Origin: the human T2T-CHM13v2.0 reference genome, Homo sapiens
Strand: one strand, 5' to 3'
Length of the DNA: 64,000 nucleotides
NCBI RefSeq assembly: GCF_009914755.1
Contig: NC_060926.1
Below, one piece after another: positions 16,378 through 32,443 of this stretch (the first letter of the stretch is position 1; every line of letters starts with the position of its first letter). Both the position numbers and the translations under genes were made by a program. The notes under the pieces were generated by a model. The model was not told where the DNA came from. It saw nothing but the letters and a program-made list of their open reading frames with translations, and made no database searches.

Positions 16378-17439
16378 TTACAACGGAAAGATTTGATGGC
16401 GTGGTCTTAACTAACCAGTCAAGCTCGGCATTGCCATTGTGATGTAATGCAGTGGAAAAAGTACATGACTTATGTGTCACTCTTGCTGAAAATTATTGGT
16501 CTCAATTTAATCAAGTAAAAACAATCAGTTGAATCCAGAATTGTATGTTGTCACGAATACTGGCCTGAGTTTCTCAAAAGAAGTTACCAATGGTATTTTT
16601 CTTTATTTGAGGAGGCTAATGAGACATAACACCAAATGCAATGTGTGAGCATTGAATGAATTTTGGATTGAAAAAAATGAAGGACATCTTGAAGGTATTT
16701 GGAAAAATTTGAATATGGGCCATATGTTGGATGATGGCATTGAAATAATGCTGATTATCTTAGATGCTTCATGTGATATAGTTTCATAGAAGAATTTAAT
16801 TACTTGGGGTAACATTTAGGGATGGACTATCAATATAGCTACCTTTAGATGAGTTAGCAAAAGGGAAGTGTTTGTGGGTGGATGAAAAGACATATAGACA
16901 GAGAGATAAAGAGGTAGGTAGAAGACAGATATATGAACCTATATCTGACATAGATCTATGTCTATATTTGATATAAATAGATACAGACAGTTATAGATCT
17001 AGGTAGATGTAGATATAGAGAGATATAGATATAGATACAGACATAGATATAAATGATATAGATATGGAGAGGGTGGCAAGATCTTAAAAGTTAGTAAATC
17101 TAGAAGAGAACTGTTTGGGTATTTATTGTACTTTTCTTTCAACTTCACTGTGGATTTAAAAAATTGAAAATAATTCAATTACTGAGAGAAGAAAATATCT
17201 GCCTTAGTTATTAGAATACATGACTCTATAAGAAACTTTTATATATGCCATGTATCATACAAAATATTAATAATAAAGTTACAAAAGTGATCAATTTTGA
17301 GCTAGAGAAGCAACCAACTGCTTGTTTGGTCTAAGATTAGGGAAACACAGGAAAAAAATCATATAGAACAAAATGAAATAAATAGTAATCAAAGCAAAAG
17401 GTAAATAACGCTAGAAAAAATATGTGAGTCTTATTTAAT

Positions 17440-17973
17440 TTTAATGATCCGGACAAAGAAAAAAAATTACACACATGAGAAATTATGCTCAACATACTCC
17501 AAATGAGAAAAAATGCTGAAATACAATAAAATAGTCTTAATGTCTCTGATTAGCAGAAATCAACAAATTTCTTAATGGACTCTAAGAAAGGGCATATATA
17601 CTCTTCTGTATTAATAATGGGATTATAAAATAGAAAACCTTTATGATAAACATTTGGCAAATAATATCTTTCAATGCTCTTTAACTCAGCAATTATCCTT
17701 CTAGGAAGTGATATTACAGATGCGTTTGAAACTATATCCTATCGATGCATGCAAAAATATGCAAAATGTCTTATTTTCACAGATATTATCACAGCATTGT
17801 TTGTAATACCAAAAGATCAGAAATGACCTGAAGGTCTTCCAGTAGGAGACTGGTTAAATAAATTCTGTAGTATTCATTTAAGATAATATTATTATCATTA
17901 TTTAAAATGTACTAAGTTGTTGATGTGTAACAATACTTGAGATATATAAATGCAAGTTAAAAAGCAAGGTTCA
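17440..17973 (+). mobile_element. Old L1M (L1ME-like) ORF2 3' relic, host of an L1PA insertion
   Basis: 'ctttaactcagcaattatccttctagga', 'acagcattgtttgtaatacc', 'agtaggagactggttaaataaatt'. Confidence 0.65.
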
Positions 17974-19072
17974 CCCAGAAGAAAACCTAGGCAATACCAT
18001 TCAGGACATAGGCATGGGCAAAGACTTCATGACTAAATCACCAAAATCAATGGCAACAAAAGCCAAAATAGACAAATGGGGTCTAATTAAACTAAAGAGC
18101 TTCTACACATTAAGAGAAACTATCATCAGAGTAAATAAACAGGCAACCTGCAGAATGGGAGAAAATTTTTGCAATCTATCCATCTGACAAAGGGCTAATA
18201 TCCAGAATCTACAAAGAAAAACAAATTTGCAAGAAAAAAACCCCATAAAAAGTGGGCAAAGGATATGAACAGACTCCTCTCAAAAGAAGACATTTATGCA
18301 GCCAACAAACATGAAAAAAAAGCTTATCATCACTGGTCATTAAAGAGTGCAAATCAAAACCACCATGAGATCATCTCACACCAGTTAGAATGGCAATCAT
18401 TAAAAAGTCAGGAAACAACAGATGCTGGAGAGGATGTGGGGAAACAGGAACGCTTTTACACTTTTAGTGGGAGTATAAATTAGTTCAACCATTGTGGAAG
18501 ACATTGTGGCAATTCCTCAAGGATCTAGAACTAGAAATACCATTTGACCCAACCAACCCATTACTGGGTATATACCCAAAGCATTATAAATCATTCTACT
18601 ATAAAGACACATGCACATGCACGTTTATTGCAGCACTGTTCACAATAGCAAAGACTTGGAACCAACGCAAATGTCCATCAATGATAGACTGGATAAAGAA
18701 TATGAGGCATGTATACACCATGGGATACTATGCAGCCATAAAAAAGGATGAGTTCATGTCCTTTGCAGGGACATGGATGAAGCTGGAAACCATCATTCTC
18801 AGCAAACTAACACAAGAACAGAAAACCAAACACCGCATGTTCTCACTCATAAGTGGGAGTTGAACAATGAAAACACGTGGACACAGGGAGGGGAACATCA
18901 CACACCAGGGCCTGTTGGGGGGTGGGGGGCTAGGGGAGGGATAGAATTAGGAGAAATACCTAATGCAGATGATGGTTTGATGGGTGCAGCAAACCACCAT
19001 GGCATGTGTATATCTATGTAACAAACCTACACATTCTGCACATGTACCCCAGAACTTAAACTATAATAATAA
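17974..19072 (+). mobile_element. 5'-truncated L1PA7/L1PA8-type LINE-1
   Basis: ORF2 C-terminus (LELEIPFDP...MFSLISGS, ORF 18492-18863) and PA7/8-type 3' UTR; perfect 15-bp TSD aaaaagcaaggttca at 17959-17973 and 19073-19087. Confidence 0.93.
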
Positions 19073-19295
19073 AAAAAGCAAGGTTCAGACAGATGGTACA
19101 ATTCCTGTTGTGATAATCAAAAGTATATGTAGATATAGACATAGACATGAGATTGATATATAGATAAAATGTAGACATAGGTATACACACACACATATAT
19201 ACATGGTCATTTATAGGTATGTATTATGTAAACACATTATCTTCCTTTTATTATTTTTCTTTCATTATGTTCCTTTCATAATGCTTAAGAGTTTA

Positions 19296-20037
<742 letters not shown>

Positions 20038-21221
20038 AAAAGTTGAAATAATGTATATCAAAAGAGCAATTAGAAACGAAAAGGGGACAAGAAAACCCAG
20101 TTCCACGGTAGGTTAACCAGAGCAAAAGACACGTCTGGCACTATGAAAATAAAATGGCCACTAAGTAAATATAAACAGATCATTCTCTCTCTTAATTAAA
20201 AATATCTATACATTTATCCTCTCTCTTTTTGTTTTTCTTTTTACTGATGAAAAATGCTCACTCTGTTATAATTAAAATGCTATGATCTTGTACTATATCT
20301 TACTGTCACACTTTTTAAATGTGAACATTTTTCTTCATGTAAATTGTTGTTCTAGTTTCAAAAATAGACATTTTTTAAATCTCAAAAAAAACCAAAATTA
20401 CACATTTTTCCAAAATGCTCTTCTATTTCTTTATGCAGCACTGTTTGAGAAATACTAATTTCTGGTGATTCTTCAGGGCATATCTATTCTTTGCATCATA
20501 GTCTTTTCCCACAGTTTTCTAACTTAGAAGCTTCTCTAAGCCTGTTCTGTCTGTTGTGCCTGCTCTCACTATGAGGAACTCAATAAAGATGTGACTGCCT
20601 GTGCTAGAAGTATAGCCCTTTGGAGCTTATTAGGCCCTATTTGCCCAAACTGCAAAGAGTTATTCAAATTTTTTGGTCAATTTCATTGTTTTGTGGTCTC
20701 CCTTCCAAAATCCCAGCACTCACCCTTGAAGGGGGAGAGGCCCATTTCCATAAGACTCACTGAAGGAGTATTATAAGTATGTTCTCAAAGAGCCTTTCTG
20801 TTCTTTCACTAGTACACAAGGATTCCTTTCTCTGAGAGAGGATGTCTAAGAATTCGGCTTCAATAGGAACAATTTTCAGAAGTCTGACCATCCTACCAGT
20901 TTTCAGCATGGCGCTTTTTCTTTGCTCTGCAGTATTTTTACTTTTCAGACCTGTCCTATGCAATATTTACTTGCTTTCTTAATGTTGGTACTTCTAGTAT
21001 ATCTTTAAATTTGTCAGAAATAGAGTATGTCCTCACTTTGAGTTTTTCTACTGGAATTATTGGTATTACAATTTTACCTTACTTTCTATTCACTTTATTG
21101 ATGTTCACATCATCTCTTCAGATCTGCAGCTTTATGGCAGGTTAATATATGTGGCTCTTACTCCTCTGATTCTAGGGCTTTCATACAGTGAAGACTCTGC
21201 TGGTCTAGCTGGTTAAATGAG

Positions 21222-21775
21222 TAGTTTTTTCAAATTTGTTGTGGGTACATTATATATATATAATATATATATATGGTACAATATTATATATATATATATA
21301 TGGTACAATATTATATATATATATATATGGTACAATATTATATATATATATATATGGTACAAGAGATTTCGATGCAGGCATACCATGCATAATAATCATA
21401 TCAGGTAAGTGGGTAATAAATATATCACCTCGAGAATTTATCATTTGTGTTATAACATTCTAATTATACTCTTTTAGTCATTTTAAATGCGCAATAAATT
21501 ATTGTTGACTGTAGTCACCCTGTTATGCTATCAAATAATACATCTTATTCATTCTATCTAACCATATATTTGTACCCATAGAACATCCTCACTACCCCCA
21601 CCCCACTACTTTTCCTAGTTTCTGGTAACCATCATTCTACTCTCTATTTCCATGAGTTCAACTGTTTTAACTCTTAACTCCCACAAATAAATGAGAACAT
21701 GTGAAGTTTGTCTTTCAATGCATGGCTTATTTCACTTAACATAATGTCCTCCAGTTACATCCAAGTTGCTGCACA
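21222..21775 (-). mobile_element. L1MA-type 3' end
   Basis: 'aaattattgttgactgtagtcaccctgttatgctatcaaata', 'ctggtaaccatcattctactctcta', 'ggcttatttcacttaacataatg'. Confidence 0.85.
21250..21362. repeat. 27-bp AT-rich minisatellite (tggtacaatat(ta)8), about 3.3 perfect copies
   Basis: Exact repeats, visible as WYNIIYIYI x3 in the ORF track. Confidence 0.9.
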
Positions 21776-21779
21776 TATT

Positions 21780-21885
21780 CAATTCTGTAGGCCTGGAGAA
21801 CATCCAGGTAGTTTGCATTCTTAACAAAGACCTCAGAAGATTCTGATTCAAGCTGATCATTGACCACAATTTGAAAATTATTGCA
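21780..21885. mobile_element. MER5A-like hAT DNA transposon fragment
   Basis: 'tttgcattcttaacaaagacctcagaagattctgat...gaccacaatttgaaaattattg' resembles the MER5A terminal half. Confidence 0.5.
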
Positions 21886-23769
21886 CTTGAGTGTTAGCTG
21901 TTAATTTATGAACCTGAAGGCAAGCAATATACACTCATGGATGATAACACATGGATATTTAAAACTGCTAGTTTTGTTTTGGTGAAATCGTACCAGGAGG
22001 CTATCAGTGAGTTTCAAGCTTATTACACCAATCCTATAATTAATTTTTCTTTTAAGTAATATGGTTTTTCAGTCTAAACTGCATTTTAAGACAAAATTTT
22101 TTATTTGATGAAGGGCAGGAATTGGTCTTGTTTTGGATCTTTGTCTTATAACTAGAGAACACAGAGGGCATCTGATTCAGGGCTGGTCTGCATACCACAT
22201 ATGTGAGAAAAATTAAGGCTAAAAGACACTGTATGCCCTAATGAGTTCTAGAAGGGAAAAGGTTTACATCACATTTGACAGTAAAGAGATCAATGTCCTT
22301 CACATTAAGAAATGAAAATTTGGATTTCTCAAATTGGGTTAATATCAGGGAAAAGGTGAATAGTTTATAAACTTCTATGGATTTGTGATAAATTTCAACC
22401 CACAGACTAACATACAAACCACTGTGTGAAAAATTATTATAACTGATATACGTTGTGCAGAAAATTATTGATTCAATACAGAATATAACATAGTAAACAA
22501 TGAGATGACTGAGACAAGAGGACCAATGAAACAACCACTTTTCAACCTTACTTTTATCATGTGACAAAATATAATACCACATGTCTCTTTCAGCTGGCTA
22601 CATAGCTTAGATGACAAAACAGTATCTTGCAGGCAACCTGAGCTCTTTGAGAAAACGTGGAAAGTAAACATAAAAAATTATCAAAGTTATTTATTTTTAA
22701 GAATAAGCTCTTTTGAAGAAAAGTGAAGGGCTTAAAAGGTTGTATTATGATGAGATGGCAATGAATATGTGCATAAGATAAACACGTTTATTAAATCACG
22801 CTTGCCAATGAAGGTTGTGAATAGCTTCTATCGAAATAGCATAAGGTTGCTCTTATGAAAGGTAATGAGGTGTAGTCTTTTGAAAATATATCCTACTTCT
22901 AAATGCCTGTAAAATGGAAACCACACTAACTCTGCTGAGTTATGTTAATAACTGGTGAAAAGCGTCTTATTCTGAAGTACTTCAAAAACCAATTATTCCA
23001 AGTGGCTACCAGGTGTTGTGGAAGGAAGTTAGTTTGGTTTTGGGTTTTTTTCCAAGTCACCTTTAGGAGTACTCCAGAGCTTCTGAAAGTGGCTTATCAC
23101 TGCACATTTGAATATTTTAATTATACACTTCAAAAAATACTTGAGAGTCATTTGACTGAAAGTGCAATTTGTGTATAACATTTTAGTACTTAAATCAACT
23201 ATGAAATAGCATTTTAAATTAAAATCCAATACACTTTGCATTCACTCTGTTCAAGAAAATTGAAGCTAATTATAACTCTCAAATTAAGCAAATATGGGGG
23301 AGCTAACAAAGCAATTTTTAGAATATAATACATTATTAGATGTGAAGATAACTATATTTCTATGCTTAAAAAAAAAAAAAAAAAAAAAAAAAACAGAACT
23401 ACCAGTATAATAAAGAAAAGGTGAAGGGTAGGATAGAGGTAGAAATAATTCTTGTGAGAGTTTTGAAGAATAAATTTCCAAGGATTATGTGTGCAACTCA
23501 ACTAATTGCCCTTTTTTCAAAGGTCCCTCTTTACTAGTTTACCTGAGAAAACAGGGAGTGATTTGTCCATGTGATTCCTCCTCAGTCTATGATTTACAGT
23601 GCATCTCTGATATTTAAACCTAGGCTTCCAGCTAGTGTTGTTACTGGTAAATAACTGGAAGTTGGGAATTTTACCTACATTTGAAATCATGCTGCCCTCA
23701 TCATTTTCACCCCACCAGTGGAGTGCTGTAAGGAGATTACACTTCCCTGTATTGACTTGATTTCTCTTA

Positions 23770-25180
<1,411 letters not shown>

Positions 25181-28100
25181 CCTTTCTTTTTATTGATATG
25201 TAAGAGTTGTACATGTTTTTGGAGTATATATAATATTTTGATACATCATATAGTGTGTAAGGATCAAATAAAAGTAATTGGGATATCTATCACCTCAAAC
25301 ATTTATCTGATTTTTTAAGATGATAGAAACATTTGAATTATTATCTACTAGTTATTTTGAAATATACAATAAATTATTGTTAACCCTATGAACTATAAAC
25401 CACAAGTTCTTATTTCTTCTGACTGTATTTTTGTACCCATTAATAAACCTCTCTTCATCCTCCCTTTCCCCTTCCCTTCTCAGCCTCTGGTATTTTCATG
25501 TGAACCCCTTTTTTTTTAGCTCCTATGTGTGAGCAAGAATATGTGATATTTCTCTTTCTGTGCCTGGATTATTTCACTTAACACATGATCTTCATTTTTA
25601 TTTATGTTGCAGCAATTATAGGATTTCCTTTCTAATGGCTAAATCATACTCCTTTGTGTATATATACCCTCTTTCTTTATTCATTCATTCACTGATAAAC
25701 AATTAGAATGATTCCGTATCTTGGCTAACATGAACAGTAGCTGCAATTAACAAGAGAGTGCAGATATTTCTTTCATACATGTGTTTCCTTTCTCTTGGAC
25801 ATACATACAGCAGTGAGATTGCTTGATCCTATGGTAAATTCTATTTTGAGTTTTCTGAGAAAGCTTTGTACTGTTTTCCATAGTGGAAATACTCATACAT
25901 CAACAGGGCATGAGTGTTCTCCTTTCTTCCTATCCTCGCCACTATCTGTTATATTTTGTCTTTTTAATAAAAGCCATTTTGATTAAGGTGAGATGATATC
26001 TCACTATGGTTTTGATTTGCATTTCCCTGATGATTAGCAATGTTGAATATTTTATCGTATACCTGCTTTCCATTTGTATGTTTTATCTTGAAAATGTCTA
26101 TTTGGATATGTTGTGCATGTTTTAATCAGGTTACTTTATTTTTCTAATATGTTTGAGTTCCTTGTGTATTTTTGTTACTGACCCCTTCTCAGATAATTTG
26201 CAAAAATGTGTTCTGCAGTTCTATAGGTTGTCTCTTCACACTACTGATTGTTTCCTTTGCTTTACAGAAGCTTTTTAGTTTGATGTAATTCAATTTGCCT
26301 ATTTTTTGCTTTTGTTGCCTGTGCTTTTTGAGGTCTTATTCAAAAAATCTTTGCCCAGTCCAATTTTTTGAATCATTTTTCTCTATGTTTTCTTCTAGTA
26401 GTTTCATAGTTTCATGTCTTACATTTAAAACTTTCATTTGCTTTAATTTGATATTTGTATATGGTGGAAGATAAGGGTCTAGTTTCATTCTTCTGTGAAT
26501 GGTTATTAGTTTTTCCGGTATCATTTATTGGAGATTGGCCTTTTCCCAATGTATGCTCTTGGGACACTTGTCAAAAAGAGTTGCCTGTGAATGTGTGGAT
26601 TTATTTCTGAGTTCTCTATTCTGTTCCATTGGTCTATGTGTCTGTTGTATGCCAGCACCACACTGTTTTGGTTAATACAGCTTTGTAGCATATTTTGGAG
26701 TCAGGTAGTATAATACCCCTAGCTTTGTTCTCTTTGCTTAAGACTGCTTGCATTATTCTGGGATTTCTGTGGCTCTAAACAAATTTTAAGATTGCTTTTA
26801 CTATTCATGTGAATAATATAATTTATATTTTGATAGAAATTGCATTGAATCTGTAAAGTTTTTTGGGCAGTATTGACATTTTGACAATATTAATTCTTCC
26901 AATCCATGATCATGAGATATCTTTTCATTTTCCTTTGTGTCTCCTTCAATTTCTCTCATTAGTGTTTTACAGTTTTCCTTGTAACAATCTTTAACTTCTT
27001 CAGTAAAATTAATTACTAAGTATTGTATATTTTTTGTAGTTCTTATAAATGGGATTGACTTGTTATTCCTTTTTTAGACTGTTTGCTGTTAGGGTATAGA
27101 AATGCTACTAAATGTGTGTGTGTGTGTGTGTGTTTCTTTTTTATCCTGCTACTTTACTGAATTCATGTATCAGTTCCAAAAGTTTTTTTGTGGAGTTTTT
27201 AGGTTTTTCTAAATATAAGTAATGATGTTTACAAACGAGGTTAATTTAACTTCTTTCTTTCCAATTTGAATGCCCTTTATCTCCTTCCCTTGCTTAATAA
27301 TTCTGGCTAGGACTTTCAACATTATATTCAATAAAAATGGTAAAAGCAGGTATATTTGTTTTATTCCAGATCTCAGAGTAAAGGTTTTCCATTGTTCTCC
27401 ATTCAGTATGTTAGCTGTGGGTTTGATATATATGGATGGCCTTTACTGTTTTAAGATATGTTCCTTCAATGCCTAGTTTGTTCAGAGTTTTTATTATGAA
27501 ATGTTGAATTTTAGTGAATGTGTTTTCAGCATCCATTGAAATAATCATATAAATTTTGTTGTGGATTCCTCTGATATATGCCATGTATTCATTTGCACAC
27601 ATTGAGCCATCCTTTTATTCCTGGGATGAATCCCATTTGATGGTGGTGAATGGCCTCTTTAATGTACTAAATTTGATTTACTTATGTTTTGCTAAGGATT
27701 TTTGCAACTATGTCCATCAGTGATATCTGTCTGTAGTTTTCTTATGGCTTTGTCTGTTTTTGGTATAAGGATAATACTGGGTATCAATATCAATAATGAA
27801 TTCAGAAATATTCCATGCTCTTCAATATTTTTAATAGTTTGAATAGAAATAGTATTAGTTTTTCTTTAAATGTTTGGTAGAATTCAGAGTGAAGCCTGGG
27901 ATTTCTTTGGTGGGCAACTTTTTATTGTTGCTTCTATCTCATTACTCATTATTGGTGGGTTCAGGTCTTCTATTTCTTTATGGTTCAATCTTGGCAGGTT
28001 GTATGTCTGCAGGAATTTATCCATTTTTCCAGGTTTTTCAATTTTTTGGCATATAGTTGTTCATGGTGTTTCCTAAGGTTTTTTTTTTTTTCTATTTCTG

Positions 28101-29956
28101 TGGCATCAGTTGTTATGTTTCCTCTTTTTGTTTCTGATTTTATTTCTTTAGGTCTTCCTCTTGTTTCCTTTGCTTGTCTAGATAAAGGTTTATTGACATA
28201 CCTTTTGAAAAAATCAAATTTTCATCTTATTCTTCTCTCATAGTTTGTTATTTGGTCTCAATTTCATTTATTTCTACTCTGAGATTTATTATTTCCTTCT
28301 TTGTACTTATTTGAGGTTTAGTTCATTCTTGCTTTTCTAGTTCCTTAAGCTGGATCATTAGATTGCTTATTTAAAAAAAAGTCTTTTTACTTTGTTGACA
28401 TAAGCATTTATTGCTATAAAATCCCCCCTTAGTACTGCTTTTTCTGTAACCATAGATCTTGGTATGTTGTATTTCCATTTTTTTCATAACATTTTAAATT
28501 TGCTTCTTGATTTCTTCATTGACCCATTAATAATCCAGGAACATGTTGTTAATTTCCATATGCTTGTATAGTCTCCAGACTTTTCTTTTGTTTTTGATTT
28601 CTGGTTTTATTCCACTGTATCAGAAAAAATAGTTGATACTACTTTGACTTTTTATATTTGCTGAGACTTGTTTTGTTATATGGTGTATTCTGGATAATTT
28701 TCCACGTGCTAATAAAAAGAATGTGTATTCTGTACCAGTTGAGTGAATTGTTCATTAAATGTCAAATAGGTTCATTTGATCTAGTGTGCAGTTTAACTTT
28801 GATGTGTTTTTTTTTATTTTCCTTCTGGATGCTGTGACCTTTATTGAGACTGGGTGTTGATGTTATTGTATTGTAGACTATATCTCTTTAGATCTATTAA
28901 TGATTTCTTTATATGTTTGGGTACTCTGATGTTAGGTGTGCATATGTAGTTAAATTTATTATAACATTTCTTTGAATTGATCCTATATTATTATATAGTG
29001 ACCGTCTTTGTCTCCTTTTACAGTCTTTGACTTGTTTATTTTATCTGGTATAAGTATGTGTAACCTTGTTCTTTTTAGTTTCTAATTACATTAAATATGT
29101 TATTTTTCTTCCTTCACTTTTGGTCTATGTGTGTCTTTATAGGTGACATGGGTTTCTTATAGGCAGTATGTAATTAAGTCTTGTTATTTAAAAATTTATT
29201 GAACCAAAGTATATTTTTTAATTGGAGAATTTAGTTCATTTACATACATTTTATTATTGATAGATAAGGACTTACTACTGCCATTTTGTTACTTGTTTTG
29301 TGGTTGTCTTGTAGTTCCTGTCTTCTTTTCTTTCTCACTGTCTTTATTCATGCTTAAGTGAGTTTCTCCAGCAGTATGTTTTAATTTGTTGCTTTTTACA
29401 TTTATTGTATCTATAATAGGTGTTGGCTTTGGTTTACCATGAGGTTTACAAAAAAATCTAATATATGTAACAAGTTATTTTAAACAGATGACAACTTATC
29501 TTTGATAACAGAGAATAGACACAAAGAAAAAACTTAGTAAAAGTCTGCACTTTAAATACATATCCTCCTATATTTTGAATTTTTGTTGTCTCTATTTAAA
29601 TTTTTACATTACCTAATTCTTAGTTATATAAATTTGTATATTACTTATCTCTTAATTAGTTGCTGTACTGTTTTTGATAGGTTTTAGTCTTTATGCCTAG
29701 ATACAAGTGCATTATACACCACAATTACAATATTAGAGCACTCTGAGTTTCTCTGTTTATTAATGAGTTTTATACCTTCAAATGTTTCCTTTTTGTATGT
29801 TACTGTCCTTGTTTTTCTGATTGAAATACATTCTTTAGCATTTCTTATAAAACAGTTCTGGTAGTGATAAATTCTCTCAGCTTTGGTTTGAGAAAAACTT
29901 TCTCTCTCCTTCAAGCTTGAAGGATAGCTTTGTTAGACAAAGTATTCTCAAGTATA

Positions 29957-30121
29957 TTTGAGTTCTTTGTAGATTCTGGTTATTAGACCTTTGTCAGATG
30001 AATAGATTGCAAAAATTTTCTCTCACTTTTTAGGTTGCCTGTTTGTTCTGATGATAGTTTCTTTTGCTGTGCAGAAGCTCATTAGTTTAATTAGACGCCA
30101 TTTGTCAAATTTGCTTTTGTT
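29957..30121 (-). mobile_element. Isolated L1PA ORF2 fragment (displaced copy of the 31130-31210 segment plus its continuation)
   Basis: 79/81 identity with 31130-31210; encodes [21 protein letters not shown]. Confidence 0.85.
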
Positions 30122-30261
30122 TAAAAAGCAAATTTTTATTTTTATTTTTTTTTCAGCCTTTTGAGTATGTCCTTCAACTCCATTCTGGCATGTAATGTTA
30201 ATTCTGAGAAGTCCATTGCAAGACAAATTAGAGCATTTTTTTTCAGTGTCCTTAAATACAT

Positions 30262-32443
30262 TTTACTATTTTTTTATTTTTAGTTCTGGGATACATGTAC
30301 AGGACATGCAGTTTTGTTACATAGGCAAATGTAAATGTGTCCAATGGTGGTTTGCTTCACCTATCAGCCCATCACCTAGATATTAAGCCCAGCATGCGTT
30401 AGCTATTTATCCTGATGCTCTCCCTCCCCCAAATGCAACCCCTGACAGGTCCCAGTGTGTGTTATTCCTCTCCATGTGTCCATGTGTTCTCTGTTCAGCT
30501 CCCACTTATAAGTGAGAACATGCTGTGTTTGGTCTTCTGTTCATGCATTACTTTCCTGGGGGTAATGGATTCCAGATGCAGCCATGTCCCTGTAAAGTAC
30601 ATGATCTTATTCCTTTTTATGGCTGCATAGTATTTCATAGTGTGTATGTACCATATTTTTTTTATCCAGTCTATCACAGGTGGACATTTGGGTTGATTCC
30701 TTGTCTTTGCTAATGTGAATAGTGCTTCAATGAACATATACATGCACATATCTCTGTAATAAAATTATTTATATTCCTTTGGGCCTATACCCAGTAATGG
30801 GATTGCAGCTCTAATGGTATTTCTAGTTCTAGATCTTTGAGGAATCACCATTCCACAATGGTTGAACTAATTTACATTCCCACCAACAGTGTAAAAGCGT
30901 TCTTATTTCTCCACAACCTTGCCAGCATCCGTTTTTTCTTGCCTTTTAATAATCACCATTCTTACTGGCATGAGATGGTGTCTCATTGTGGTTTTCATTT
31001 GCATTTCTCCAATGATCAGTGATGTTGAGAAATTTTTCATATGTTGGTTGGCTGCATGAATGTCTTCTTTTAACAAATGTCCATTCATGTTTTTTGCCCA
31101 CTTTTTAATTTTTTTTTCTTGTAAATTTGTTTGAGTTCTTTGTAGATTCTGGATATTAGACCTTTGTCAGATGAACAGATTGCAAAAATTTTCTCTCACT
31201 TTTTAGGTTGTTGTTTGTATTTCTGTGGGGTCAGTGGTGATATCCCCTTTATCGTTTTTCGTTGTGTCTACTTGATTCTTCTCTCTTTTCTTCTTTATTA
31301 GTGTATCTAGTGGTCTATTTTATTAATTTTTTCAAAAAAACTGCTCCTGGATTCATTGATTTTTTAAATCTATCTCCTTTAGTTCTGCTCTGATCTTGGT
31401 TATTTCTTGTCTTCTGCTACCTTTGGGGTTTGTTCTTGGTTCTCTAGTTCTTTTAGTTCCTATGCTATGGTGTCAATTTGAGATCTTTCTAGCTTTTTGA
31501 TGTGGAAATTTAGTGCTATAAACTTCCCTCTTAGCACTGCTTTAGCTGCGTCCTACAGATTCTGGTATGTTGTCTCTTTGTTCTCATTGGTTTCAAAGAA
31601 CTTCTTGATTTCTGCCTTAATTTCATTATTTACCCCAGAGTTTTTAGGAGCAGATTGTTCAATTTCCATGTGGTTGTGTGGTTTCGAGTGAGTTTCTTAA
31701 TCCTGAATTCTAATTTGATTGTGCTGTGGTCTGAGAAACTGCTTGTTTTGATTTCAGTTCTTTTACATTTGCTGAGGAATGATTTACTTCCAATTATGTG
31801 ATCAATTTTAGAGTAAGTGACAAGTGGCACCAAGAAAAATATACATTCTGCTGTTTTGGCATGAAGAGTTCTGTAGATATGTGTCAGGTCCACTTGATCC
31901 AGAGCTCAGTTCATGTCCAGTTAATTTCCTTTCTTGATGATCTGTCTGATATTGACAATGGGGTGTTAAAGTCTCCCCTACTATTGTGTGGGAGTCTAAG
32001 TCTCTTTGTAGGTCTCTGGGAACTTGTTTTATAAATCTTGGTGCTCCTGTATTGGGTGCATATATGTTTAAGATAGTTAGCTTCTCCTGTTGAATTGAAC
32101 CCTTTACCATTATGTAATGTCCTCTTTGTTTTTTTTGTTTTTGTGTTTGTTTTTTATCTTTGTTGTTTGAAAGTTTATCTTGTCAGAAACTAGGATTGTA
32201 ACCTCTCCTTTTTTCTGCTTTCCATTTGCTTGGTAAACTTTTCTCCATTCCTTTATTTTGAGTCTTTGTGCATCTTTACACATGAGATGTGTCTATTGAA
32301 TACAGCACACTGATGGGATTTGTCTTTGTATCCCACTCACCACTCTGTGTCTTTTAATTGGGGCATTTAGCTCATTTATATTTAAGGTTAATATTGCTAT
32401 GTGTAAATTTAATCCTGACATCATGATGCTAGTTGGTTATTTT
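30262..32443 (-). mobile_element. L1PA8-L1PA10-type LINE-1, truncated at the ORF2 start, with an internal deletion at ~31211
   Basis: 3' UTR 'ttaagcccagcatgcgttagctatttatcctgatgctctccctcc'; ORF2 C-terminal ORFs 30495-30749 and 30903-31088; endonuclease-domain ORF 31808-32110 (LNIYAPNTGAPRFIKQ). Confidence 0.88.

Noticed and set aside
16940-17070. Palindrome gacatagatctatgtc in a GATA-like tract
   Set aside because: Expected in self-complementary low-complexity sequence.
21900-23760. Repeat-poor stretch possibly containing exons
   Set aside because: No recognisable protein similarity or convincing exon; a non-coding exon cannot be excluded from sequence alone.
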